In this document: piece after piece, positions 13,522 through 24,883 of the stretch
Layout: every line of letters begins with the position of its first letter
Numbering within the stretch: the first letter of the stretch is position 1
Source: Octopus bimaculoides
Lineage: Eukaryota
DNA: 53,219 bases
Direction: 5' to 3'
Assembly (NCBI RefSeq): GCF_001194135.2
Contig: NC_068993.1
Coordinates: forward strand, 5,468,902-5,522,120
The notes under the pieces: generated by a model
What the model saw: only the letters and a program-made list of their open reading frames with translations
The model's database searches: none
What the model was told of the DNA's origin: nothing
Translations under genes and position numbers: made by a program

Positions 13522-16460
13522 CTGAAAAAAGAAACAAAAAATATTCAGGTTAATGCTGACATTTTTCTAGCAAAACTCGACTTTATTTAANNNNNNNNNN
13601 NNNNNNNNNNNNNNNNNNNNNNNNNNNNNNNNNNNNNNNNNNNNNNNNNNNNNNNNNNNNNNNNNNNNNNNNNNNNNNNNNNNNNNNNNNNNNNNNNNNN
13701 NNNNNNNNNNNNNNNNNNNNNNNNNNNNNNNNNNNNNNNNNNNNNNNNNNNNNNNNNNNNNNNNNNNNNNNNNNNNNNNNNNNNNNNNNNNNNNNNNNNN
13801 NNNNNNNNNNNNNNNNNNNNNNNNNNNNNNNNNNNNNNNNNNNNNNNNNNNNNNNNNNNNNNNNNNNNNNNNNNNNNNNNNNNNNNNNNNNNNNNNNNNN
13901 NNNNNNNNNNNNNNNNNNNNNNNNNNNNNNNNNNNNNNNNNNNNNNNNNNNNNNNNNNNNNNNNNNNNNNNNNNNNNNNNNNNNNNNTATATATATATAT
14001 ATATATGGGAGAATATACAAATAATAACAACAGACGAGGACAGGTGGTGTAAATAACAAAAGTATATATTAGTATGACGCTCGGGAATACGGAAAGTCTT
14101 TGACGTTTCGAGCTACGCTCTTCAACAGAAAGAATACGGAGACAAGGAGAAAAACACGGAGAAAGTTTCAGCAATTGAACTGTGACCATGCTGGGACACC
14201 GACTCGAAGGGGTTTAGCCGAACGAATTGACCTCTGTACTGATTTATAAGCTTAGTGTTTATTCTATCGGTCTCTTTTGCGAACCGCTAAGTCCTACGGA
14301 TGTAAACAACCAGCACCCGTGTCAAGCGGTGGTGGTGGACAAGCAAAAACAAAAAGACACACACACACACATACATGTATGTTGATAGGTTCCAGACTGA
14401 CATAATTCGGGAAGAAATTTCGTGCAGCTTTTGTTGTGACAATTTTCTTAGTCACAAATTCTGTTGATTTCTGACAAAAGAAATAAACATTATCTTTTAT
14501 TTAGAGGGTGTCAACATATTAGAAATCGGGTGGCCACCGACCCTGTGATTTGATGAGTAAATCGTACAGAATCAATTCAATGAAATGGGGTGGTAGGTTA
14601 TAAAATACATGTGTTTGATAGAGACAGTGTTGCAGCAACAGTAAGTTGCACACCACAAACAATCTGCTTTCATATCTTAAGGCATTTACATATTCGTGCC
14701 CACTCCACAAAAGACAGAAAAGTTTCTTTAAAAAAAAAGGTCTGAACAACACTTACCTAACAACGGTTGGGAAAATTTCAGCTGTTAAGAGATAAATGGC
14801 ATTAAATGCAGCAGTGATTCCAAACTTTCCCAGAACAACCAGCATCAAAGGAAACCAGAATGAACCTTAAATAAAATTAGTTTTGTTAGTACAACATACC
14901 TCTATAATTGCAGTATGCTTTATTCATCGGAAGCTTTAGTTCCAAATTAAAAACAGATTGGGCATTGTAATTACCAACAGTGTTAAGACAAATATATATT
15001 TGGTTGTAAACAGATGAGGTTTGAAGTTTTAACACTTCATTTGCAAAAGAAAGTGAATTACATACACATTACATTTCCTCATTTTCATGAATTTCTGAGA
15101 TTAAAACACGTGTTGGATCATTAGTGTCCGAAACTGAGAAACAGTTTGTTTTTTATGAGTGAGTGTATGATAAAAAGAAGTCCCCTCCCCACCTCATTAA
15201 GAGAAATATGACGTAACGTCTTTTGATAAGATAACTGAACCAAATGAATATTCAATACAGGACAGCTAATGTAGAAAAAGAAAATTTCCCTTTGAATTTG
15301 AATTAATAATATATCGACATTTCACGCCAGTATTCGCCGATGCTTTCACCTACACTGCAGGACGTTTCCCTTACAAAGTTGCGATGGAGACTCTACACTT
15401 TTCTTCCATGCATTTCAAGTGGTACAGTTCATTTTTTAGTTTTGAATTTTATCAATGAGTTGGTTGTGCACACCCTCCAGTTACTATACTATAACAGATG
15501 TTATATCAGTTACTTCCCCATTAATTGTACGAGTGTACATAATTTCATTGTACATTAGAAACGTGTGTCAATATTAGAAAAAGTTATCCTTTGGTACAAA
15601 GCTTTCTCCCCGATGTTCTTCATGATTTAGCAATTCGCATCTAAAATCTAGTTTACAAACTTGGTGTTAGTAAGGAAGGGTTGTGATGCAAAACAATGTC
15701 TTTTAGGGGAAATAAAACAAATGCTCGATACTGATTGATTTAGATAACTGGTTCGTAAAACGTAATTAATTTCAAACGTTTTTAAGTAATAAAATACCAT
15801 CGTTGTCGTTTTGACGTCAACGTTTCCAAGCTTGCATAGGTCAGACGCGATTTGTTGTCGCCATTCGTTTCCCATCAAGGTAATATTTCCTCATGGCTGG
15901 ACGTGTTTTCACTGAATATACGAACCGAATGACATCGCTTCTATGATGGTGACATTCTTTTACAACAATCACGTGATTCCATGACAAAGACAGACAGGTA
16001 CACAAACACACACACATACACACACACTCATACATACATTTATACGACAGATTGATTGATTAATGGATAGATACCTTCGGTTGTAAAATTTGAAACGATG
16101 CAACATAGTCCACTAAACATCATGAAGAAACTAATAGGCTTCCGGTGACCAAAACGTATAAACAAATAGTAACAGCAGAGAGAGGCGGGTAACTCGACGG
16201 CTAACATCACAAGAAAATTTATGGAGCGGTTTCCAGCCATATCAACGGAATTAAGGGTTATTCCATAGTAGACCATACTCATCACAAACCTGGAAAATAA
16301 AAACAATACAATACACAAAACAAATATCTGCAAACAAAGATGCGTTCTTTACATAACTATTGCTTTTTGTTGAGTTTGTCTTTTGAGATTAGAAAATATT
16401 TCGGATGGATTTTTCTATTAAACACCTATTTATATTCCGTATTAGAGCTATTTGTGTTAC

Positions 16461-16499
<39 letters not shown>

Positions 16500-18078
16500 G
16501 GAATGTGTGTGTGTGTGAGTGTGAGGGAAAGAGTGTGTGTGCGCGTGTGTGTGTATGAGTGTATGTGAGCATATATATGTATATATATGCACATATGTAC
16601 ATATATGCCCCCGTACATAAATAGGCACAGACATGGCTTAGGCGTAGATTTGTCTGTGTGGTTAAACAGCTTGCTTTTCAATCACGCGGTTTGGGGCTCA
16701 GTTCTGCTGCGCGGCACCTTGGCCAAGTACCTTCTGCAATAGCTCTCGGCCGACCAATGCCTTGTGAGTGAATTTGGTTGGCGGAAACCGCATGAAAGCT
16801 CGTGATATATGTATATGAGATTTTTTTCAGAGCCTTTGAGATAAAATCGCTTTCCACAATTAATGGTAATAAAATTTTGAGAGGGACACATCTGTTTTCC
16901 GCGTTCAAAAGCTTAAACTAGTTGATCAAACATACAGAAGAAATAATTCTAAACTTTGATATCAAGAAATGTTACTCAGTTAATGGGTCTCACCTCAACC
17001 GCAAGACGGATTGCTTGCAATCAGACATCTAAGACAATCCTTTCTACTGTAGGAAAAAGATCTGTAATTTTGGGGAAAGTGGGCAGCTGATTAGAGCTGA
17101 TTAGAGCTGATTAGAGCTGATTAGAGCTGATTAGAGCGAACCCATCTCTCAGCTGGCACTTGGTTTATCGATCCCTAAAGGATGAAAGACAAAGTCAACT
17201 TCGGCGAAATTTGAGCTCAGAACATAAAGATGGACGAAATGCTAGGCATTTTGTCCGGCGCTCTAACGATTTTGTCAACTCGCCTCCTATAACAACTAAG
17301 AAAATAGTAAGCAGATAATAAACCAAGCGAAGCAAACATTGGTTTCAAATATAAGCACAAGGCTAACAGTTTCTGGGGAGGGTTTTTAAGGCGACTACAT
17401 CGACTCCAGTGTTTAACTGGTACTTATTTTATCGACTCTGATAGGATGAAAGGCGAAGTCTAGCTCGGTGGAATTTGAGCCCAGTGCATACAGACTGACG
17501 AAACACCGCTAAGCGTTTTTTCCTGTGTGCTAACGACTGCCAGATTGCTGCCTCACACATCAAAGAAAATAGTAAATAAATAATCACCAAGAGAAGCATA
17601 TATTAATTGTGATCGATGCCAGATAGAATGTTTTAAACAAATCAATGAAAGTATAATTTTTTTCTCTGGGTGATTTTCTTTCGTCGTCCAAATTATCTTG
17701 AGAATCAATTTGTTCAAAGGATTTTACATCATTTGTGAAAAAAACAATCCACTCCTGAGGATGAATTTTATTTTGCTTTATCATTTTTCGGAGAATTATT
17801 TTTGCTTCTGCAAACCTTTTTCTTCCAATAAGCCATCTCGGAGATTCAGGAATGAATCTGGAATATACAAAATAAAAGACAGGAGTTCGAATATAAAGAA
17901 AAATTATTAAATGAATGAATAAATAAATACTACACTTAAAAAATAAGCACGGGAGTCGATCGTTCGATTAAACTCTTCAACGCGTTGCCTCAGCATGGCC
18001 GCAGTCCAATGATTGAAACAGATAAAAGATATACGATAGCGAATGTATTCGTTGTTGTCGCTGCTGTTGCTGTTGCTC

Positions 18079-18110
<32 letters not shown>

Positions 18111-19234
18111 GCTATTGTTGTTGTTGTTGTTGTTGTTGTTGTTCGTGTTGATGTTGGTACAAATATACTTTCTAGTTTTCTTTGAAGAGTTTGGTTCTTA
18201 AAGTTAGTTGCTGGCAATTTGAGGGATTTATTCTATTCATAAGTGTTAGAAAAATGTGAACTAAAAGAACTACGCAAAAATATACTCGACTCACCTCCAA
18301 CCGCAAACACTAATCATTGGTAGCAGACACACAGTCAATTCGAAATAATGCCAATCAGGGATTGCATAGGCTAACCCTGATAAAATCATGGAAACCGATG
18401 TAAAAATACACATATAACCAAAATTTACAACTGTCCGTGAATTTGTAGTCGCAAATTCTAACACTGAAATTTTAAAAAAGAAAAAATTAAGCAAAATATA
18501 ATATAATATAATATAATATAATATAATATAATATGAAATATAATAATTAGCAGCTTTTGAATAATTGCAAAATGGTGAAAATGAATTGTTATGGAATAAG
18601 GGATTATGAGAACGAGGTAATTATAGCGTTCAGTTTAATTGACAACATTCAGGGACACCAACATAACGAAGTTTACATCAGCAAAGAAACATACTTTATC
18701 ACAAAATTTAAACCTCTTTTGAATTCCGCCACCACAGATAGAACTACAATAAGAATTTAGACCATTCCCATCACTACTGCTACGACCACAACAGGTCACT
18801 TTTAGGTCATTTGACCATTAAAGAAAATTCCATGAACAATTTACTGTGGCACAGCACACCTGTTTTTTCTTTACTTTCTCCTTCTCCCACCACTTTCCCT
18901 ACTCTTCCTCCTTCATCTTCTCTAAATTTCTTCCTTCTTCATCTTCTCTTTCAACTCCTTCTTCTTCTTCTTCTTCTTCTTCTTCTTCTTCTTCTTCTTC
19001 TTCTTCTTCTTCTNNNNNNNNNNNNNNNNNNNNNNNNNNNNNNNNNNNNNNNNNNNNNNNNNNNNNNNNNNNNNNNNNNNNNNNNNNNNNNNNNNNNNNN
19101 NNNNNNNNNNNNNNNNNNNNNNNNNNNNNNNNNNNNNNNNNNNNNAGTTAAAAAAAAAGTATAGATTCTCCTCAGAGTCTTCTATGTCTTTTATACTCCA
19201 TATAAAAATTTATTTTTCAATATATACAAACATC

Positions 19235-19266
<32 letters not shown>

Positions 19267-19268
19267 CG

Positions 19269-19307
<39 letters not shown>

Positions 19308-22300
19308 CTTAATCGTTTTTATCTGCATCACTATCTCTCTGAGAGAAATATGTGTATATGTATGCACATACGCAAACATCTAGGCACACACACACACAGA
19401 CCAAGAAGTAAACATATTAAAGAAAGAACTTACTTATTGTATAGAAGGTAATTGAAGTGCCAATATGGCTAAGAGCTTGAAGACTATAGAGAATCATAAG
19501 AATGGCCAACAATGGTACGAAGATTTTACCAAGTCCACAGACAGTTACAAATATGAGTGCCCAAAGCAGCATGGTTTTCCTGCCAAATCTATACGAAAAG
19601 AGAAATGCAATCTGTATTATTTATTTGAAAACTGAATGAAAATTTCATTAAAAAATTAATTGTTAATCAACGATGATATAAAATATCTACAAATACAAGA
19701 TTGAGTTGTTCTATTAATTAGCAGAAACGTTTGCACACCGGGCGAAATTCTTAGCGGTATTTCGTCTGCCGCTACGTTCTGAGTTCAAATTCCGCCGAGG
19801 TCGACTTTGCTTTCATCCTTTTCGGGGTCGATAAATTAAGTACCTGTTGCATACTGGATCGATCTAATCGACTGGCCCACTCCCCAAAAATTTCAAGCAG
19901 GAGAAGTGTTAGCACGCCGGGCAAAATGCTTAGTGGCATTTTGTACTTCTTTCCTTTTAGAGTTAAATTTTGCCTTTCATCCTTTGGTGGTGGGGGGAGG
20001 TCGATAAAATAAGTACCAGTGGAGCACTGGGAACGATTTAGTCAATTTAATCTCTTTCCCGAAATTGTTGGCTTTGTGCCAAAATTTGAAAACTGTTTCT
20101 TACTGGGGCATGAAATGCTGGAAGTGTGCAAAGAAATGTGAAGTTGTGATATTCATATTTTTTTTTATATGTCTATTAGCAAGCATATGAAGTAATAAAT
20201 TTCCATTTGAGCATTCGAGGTGGGGGAAATGAAACCATAACTTCTTCGCCTGATGATTGAGTTTTCTGTGATGTGGAAATTATTCGAAATAAAGAATTCT
20301 AGTGAAATGTACAAATCAGAAGAATGTCAAGTTTCAACAGTATAAACTGGATATACATTTGATATGATTTATTGAAATATCTCTTACCTGTCAGATAAAA
20401 TACCAAATACAATACAGCCACAAAGATAACCAGCAAAATAAACTGATTGCAAAGTGGATTTTAACCATTTCCTTTCGCATACCAAATCAAACTGTAAGAA
20501 AATGAAAAATAAAAATTGTCAATAATGTTACAAACTGAAAAATATTATTAAATTTTGTTTAATTTCAATATGGATCATTTGTCTTAGAATCTATTTAAAT
20601 TATGCTTTAATATAATGAGAATATCGATTAATTAGCAATATCGTATTTGTTCGTATTCCATTCAATGATTTAGCAGGAGAAAATTTGGCTCAGTATTTTA
20701 GTTAATCAGCCCGGTAATGAGACATCGGTTAAACACAACGAGTTAACTTGAGATAATTGTATCCTTTTTAACAATTATTTACACACGCGCGCACACATTT
20801 TTGAAGAATCATACTGCCAACAAACACACGCTCTGACTGTGATCTACTTCAGTTTCAGTTACATTATCAGAATTTTTTTACCGTACACTTTTGCAAGTAA
20901 TGTTGTCAGAATTATCATCTCTGTGTTGATGTAAGTATGTTGCCATGCCACTGTTTACTGTATGGAAAGACCCAGACCTAATGCAATGTACTCTCGATAT
21001 GTCGACATCATAAACATTGTACTTAAAACAACGCTACAGGGTGACACACAGGAAATACAAAACAAACATTCGATGGAAGACATCAAACACATAGTAAACT
21101 CCGCCGATCAGAACATCAAGATAACCATCGACTTCACGTCCAGACACTCTAATAAATACCACCTGTTGTAGATACCGGACTATGGTTAGCAATTATAGAT
21201 GACATGAAGCAACTATTCCATTTACAGTATGTGTGCACACGCCCGTATATGTGAGTATGATCCTTTCACTAATGTCCATACTTATACATATTTGTTTACA
21301 GGAATCGATTCACTCACCTCGCTTACAATTGTAGAAAACTCCTCCGTCAGAAATTTCCGTCCATAAGAACACTGTAGTTTAGATGAATTACTTGGTGGTG
21401 TTGTATAATATGTCCCAGTGAAACTATTGTTATATACAGAACATTGATCGTCGCCGTCTGGTCGAAGCATTTGTAAATATTCATTCTCTGTAAGATTTGC
21501 AGGAATTGTCGAAGCATTAAAGTTTGGTGGGTAGCATAAGAAGGGAACATTTCCAGTGGAAAACGTTATACTCATTGCTGTTATTACTGAAAATATCTTT
21601 GAAACTAATATATAAGTGTACAACCTACGCTGATACGGTCCAAAAACACTACATTTTTCTAAAAGCTGTATAATACCCTTTTCTGATATATCTGGAAAAA
21701 AAGAAATATGAATATTATAAATTATGTGAGGTATACTGTAATACTCGATTTAAAAATAAAAGTTGTTTCTGATTAAATATTAATTATAAAAGTCAAACTG
21801 AAAAGAATACATCAAGATTTTTTATGTCATGTATCCCACCACAAGTCCCTGCCCCAAATCATTCTTGAGAGAGGGCGAAAGAGAGGCAGACAGAATATCC
21901 TGATTTGGCAACATTGAGGACTGGATAGGTCACAACATTGCGAACCTGCTACGCATGACAGAACAGAAACCGGTGACGACAGCTGACTATGAAAGCGTCC
22001 AATGTGACACGTCAACGACTGGCTGCACCACTGAAGGGATCTTGATGGTGATGATGATAAGGAAACAGATTATCTTTAAAAATCCTTTCTACTATAGGGA
22101 CACGGCCTGAAATTTGTTGGGAGGGGACTGGTCGATTATACCGACCCCAGTACGCAACTGGTGCTTAATTTACCAACCCCAAAAGGATGAAAGGCAAAGT
22201 TGACCTCGGTGAATTTCGAACTCAATGGGAAAATGGAGGAAATGCTGCTAAACACTTTGGCCGGCGCTACATCGATTCTGACAGCCCACCTCCTTCCGAG

Positions 22301-22947
22301 ACTAGATGTATGATGATGTCAAAAAATTGGTGTTTTAGCCTTGTTTATATATCTACCACATAGCTTGCATATCTTAAATCATATCTTGATGCTGTATGAC
22401 TGAGATCCCCGTTGACAGGCCCCTGCTATTTAAACATAAAGCCCTGTTGACAGGCCCCGGATATTGAATAAATTAACACTTGCGGGATGCAAATTAGTAG
22501 CTTCAGAGAACTGAAGCTATTGGAATTGTTTACTTTATAAGCAAATTGGTTGTTTGATGACTGGAGCTGGTCAAATTCATGTATGCCTAGTTACTGATAT
22601 GATCAAAAGAGTGCTGGAAAAAATACTTTTCGTACTTTGTAGCGACATTTTGTGCAGTTTATAGTGATAATTACTCCCTTATAATACTAAATGTTCTCTT
22701 AGATATCTAATTATTCTTTTTCTTTAAATGAATAAAGAATCAGTTAAATCATATGCAGTACAAATATGACTCAGCCAGCAAAAATCAGAGCCAAGAATTT
22801 GTTGGTTTAACGCATGAACGACATTGGAAGGTGTATGTGAATTATTTTTTATCAAATTCAAGTTTGAACTATAAAATGAAAAACGTTTTTACGTGTATCC
22901 TCCAGTTCTTTGTTCGCCTCAACTGGATGTATTATAGATTCAGCCAT
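13308..22947 (-). CDS. SLC22: SLC22-family (MFS) organic ion transporter, copy A; 9 coding exons, 1665 nt CDS, 554 aa (gene span)
   Basis: Exons 22893-22947, 21318-21691, 20388-20491, 19434-19588, 18295-18463, 17588-17857, 16075-16289, 14757-14865 and 13308-13521 join in frame with GT-AG ends and no internal stop. Motifs: [44 protein letters not shown]. Symbol is family-level only; the ortholog is not assignable. Confidence 0.93.
14097..14133 (-). ncRNA. Minimal hammerhead-like motif with A6U deviation
   Basis: Minus strand: UCUUU CUGUUGA A GAGC GUA GCUC GAAA CG UC AAAGA. Stem I 5 bp, stem II 4 bp. Confidence 0.45.
14163..14375 (-). mobile_element. SINE family 2, 3' half
   Basis: Matches the 3' half of the copies at 45890-46253 and 52890-53219 (ctatcggtctcttttgc.gaacc.ctaag; cagcatggtcacag). 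Confidence 0.6.
14757..14865 (-). CDS. SLC22 copy A exon 8 (not in the ORF track)
   Basis: 109 nt; [35 protein letters not shown](R); tttaag acceptor, AG|GTAAGT donor. Confidence 0.95.
16075..16289 (-). CDS. SLC22 copy A exon 7
   Basis: 215 nt; [37 protein letters not shown]...SNFTTE(G); ttccag acceptor, G|GTATCT donor. Confidence 0.95.
16636..16810 (+). mobile_element. SINE family 2, 5' half (tRNA head plus gcaccttggccaag central box)
   Basis: Similar to 24884-25013 and 41165-41605. Confidence 0.65.
17030..17288 (-). mobile_element. SINE family 1 (aaggcggcgagctggcagaa-type head) with an internal 10-mer expansion
   Basis: Reverse complement has the head, a B-box-like gagctcaaatttc and ctttcatcc; (GCTGATTAGA)x5 at 17086-17135. 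Confidence 0.7.
17350..17554 (-). mobile_element. SINE family 1
   Basis: ggatgaaaggcgaagtc...gaatttgagc...cgctaagcg, shared with the other copies. Confidence 0.7.
17588..17857 (-). CDS. SLC22 copy A exon 6 (PESPRWL and central cytoplasmic loop)
   Basis: 270 nt; [19 protein letters not shown]...[23 protein letters not shown](W); ttccag acceptor, TG|GTGATT donor. Confidence 0.93.
18053..18143. repeat. (GTT/GCT)n trinucleotide repeat
   Basis: Read directly. Confidence 0.9.
18295..18463 (-). CDS. SLC22 copy A exon 5
   Basis: 169 nt; [55 protein letters not shown]; ttcag acceptor, AG|GTGAGT donor. Confidence 0.93.
18640..18730 (+). mobile_element. Possible Penelope-like GIY-YIG C-terminal remnant
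   Basis: [15 protein letters not shown] resembles the KE..FI.KFKP.LN end of Penelope-like ORFs; short, so weak. Confidence 0.4.
19434..19588 (-). CDS. SLC22 copy A exon 4 (not in the ORF track)
   Basis: 155 nt; [51 protein letters not shown]; cgtatag acceptor, A|GTAAGT donor. Confidence 0.92.
19720..20095 (+). mobile_element. Two adjacent SINE family 1 copies
   Basis: gcagaaacgtttgcacaccgggcgaaattcttagcgg...gagttcaaattcc (B box); a second copy starts near 19897. Confidence 0.75.
20388..20491 (-). CDS. SLC22 copy A exon 3
   Basis: 104 nt; [34 protein letters not shown](R); cttacag acceptor, AG|GTAAGA donor. Confidence 0.95.
20940..21180 (+). mobile_element. Penelope-like reverse transcriptase remnant
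   Basis: [11 protein letters not shown]...[13 protein letters not shown] resembles the RYVDD..LNS...NIKFT.E motifs of Penelope-like RTs. Confidence 0.5.
21318..21691 (-). CDS. SLC22 copy A exon 2 (TM1 and large extracellular loop)
   Basis: 374 nt, ttccag acceptor, GAG|GTGAGT donor. ...[12 protein letters not shown]...[11 protein letters not shown]...EEFSTIVSE, with four N-glycosylation sequons. Confidence 0.95.
21825..22058 (+). mobile_element. RTE-like LINE 3' end with (GAT)n tail
   Basis: [21 protein letters not shown] in frame, then gatggtgatgatgat. Confidence 0.6.
22075..22295 (-). mobile_element. SINE family 1
   Basis: aaaggatgaaaggcaaagttgacctcggtgaattt; head remnant at ~22295. Confidence 0.7.
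22893..22947 (-). CDS. SLC22 copy A coding exon 1 ([18 protein letters not shown])
   Basis: AACATGGCT start 16 nt after a ttcag acceptor (exon starts 22963). Phase-1 donor C|GTAAAA fits the phase-1 acceptor of the next exon. Mirrors the copy B exon (MAE...T-C|GTAAA). Confidence 0.8.
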
Positions 22948-23295
22948 GTTAAAAACAGATTTCCTGAAATCTCTCTTCAAATTTGCGTTTCTCTTCTCCC
23001 AGGAGAATGCTTGAAAAGAAAAATAGAAAAACATCAACAGAAGAGTAATATTATTCAAGTTTATTCACAATATAAACATATTCAAAACCAAGGCTTATTC
23101 TTCTATATTTCTAGCAAAAATAAGATACTCTATTTCCATCAGTGTCCTTTTAAATTAAGACACTCTCAATAGAAATTGAAACTATCTTCCACGCAAGTAC
23201 GAATACAGTAAAATTAGTTAGTGGGGATGAAAATGCACCTGATTTTTTAAACGATTATAGTCTTACAAATTGTTTTATAAATTTATTTATTATAA

Positions 23296-23338
23296 TACCA
23301 TACCGGTTTCAGCAATTCTTTATTGTTTTTCAATGGTA
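23296..23338 (-). ncRNA. Minimal type I hammerhead-ribozyme-like motif, U3:A8 core
   Basis: Minus strand: UACCA UUGAAAA ACAAU AAAGA AUUGCU GAAA CCGG UA UGGUA. Stem I 5 bp; stem II CAAU/AUUG plus A-U with a 1-nt bulge. Confidence 0.55.
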
Positions 23339-23907
23339 AATAAGGAAAAAAAAAAAGATTAACGTGTCAAAGTAAGTAAATGCACAGAAGAAAATTTCAT
23401 AGCGATACGCGATGCTCAAAAATCAAATCCAGGCATTCAATAAATTTCACATTTATACGAAATAATAAAAATTCAAATGTTCGATAAATTTCATAAGAAT
23501 AATACACGAGTAAGAGTTCAATAGGTTTCAAAGCAATAAATTATATTAGCATATAAATACGATGAGGATTTTGGAAATTAGAAAAAAATAATTTATAATT
23601 TCTGTCGAGTTGTGTGGAGTAAAAAATGTTGATCGTTTGTTTCATTGGGATGCCACATACTGTGACACCTTCTCCGGCAGCAACTTGGTGTTGTCGGCTA
23701 CCTGTCCATACTCCGCTGCATCCCGGGATGAGAAAAACAAACTGTCAAAGCATCGGCCGCTCTCGGACAGGTTTATAGTCAAGCCGGTGGCAGTTGAGAA
23801 CTTCAACGTTCTTAGCGCCTGGACGATATCCCTGTTCACTGCTATTGGGGTGTTATTATAAATATCATTTATTCCCCGAAGAGCTCCAAATTTATTATAC
23901 CCGTTCT

Positions 23908-24003
23908 CATTATTATTATTATTATTATCATTATTATTATTACTATTACTACTACTACTACACTTATAGTTATTACCACAACCACTATCACAACTATTCA
24001 CAA
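23908..24003. repeat. Compound trinucleotide repeat (ATT/ACT/CAC)
   Basis: Read directly. Confidence 0.85.
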
Positions 24004-24054
24004 CAGTACATCGTGTTTTGTTGTTATTGTTATTTTTGTTATATGAATTGTGAA

Positions 24055-24275
24055 GAGGCGCCGAGCAGGCAGAATCGTTAGCACACTGGGCAAAATGCTT
24101 ATCGGCATTTCGTCCGTCTTCACGTTCTGAGTTCAAATTCCGCCGAGGTCGACTTGACCTTTCATCTTTTCGAGATCGATGAAATAAATACCAGTTAAGC
24201 ACTGGGGTTGATGTAATCGACTAGCTCCCACCACAAAATTTCAGGCCTTGTGCCTATAGTAGAAAGGATTATTAT
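24055..24275 (+). mobile_element. SINE family 1, near full length
   Basis: gaggcgccgagcaggcagaatcgttagcac (A box), gagttcaaattcc (B box), tail gcctatagtagaaaggattatt. Confidence 0.8.
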
Positions 24276-24883
24276 ATAAATTGTTACATCTATGTTGGTT
24301 ATTCTTTATATTATTATTTGCTATCCGCAAGTGCAAGCCCCGTGAGTCAGGGTGGCTGTTCCAGCGCATCTTCCTTGCCATCTTCCGGAGCAATTTTATC
24401 TGTTGGGTGGGGGGTCATGAGAAATGTGGAACTATGAAAGAAGAAAGTGGCTTTTACTTTTGTCAGCCTGGAATTGTCCCCATTCTTTGATGAGCAAATG
24501 AAAATAAAACGAAAAAATAGAAATTTGAAATCTAATAATATAGGCATCAAATTTAATCGCTGCAGCTGTTATAGTTGCTGTTGTGTCTTCGTATGCAGTG
24601 AGTATTGAGGGAGAATCGTAGCAGGAATAACAGTAACAGGACAGTAGCAGGTCTAACAGTTACACACAAAAGGTTGACGAACTCAGTTTCAACTTAGCAG
24701 CTTTGCACGAACTACCAGATGCCTGGGATGCTGACTGAAAGTAGAGAAAGTGAGTTTTGCTTCTGCTCTTGTTAGGGTTAATGCTATTACTGTTGTTGGG
24801 GAGTTCTTAATAATTTTAAAACGGTTAATTGCGGAATGTTATCAGCTAGATTCTATGAAGGATTCTAATATACGAGGTAGCAT

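Noticed and set aside
17086-17137. Short direct-repeat arrays as possible CRISPR
   Set aside because: No unique spacers, eukaryotic context, no cas genes.
22407-22458. Direct repeat GTTGACAGGCCCC x2
   Set aside because: Only two short copies, with no associated structure.
22753-23172. 139-aa plus-strand ORF
   Set aside because: Antisense to copy A exon 1, in AT-rich sequence, with no family motifs.
23642-24202. 186-aa Asn-rich ORF
   Set aside because: Made of a SINE plus a trinucleotide repeat.
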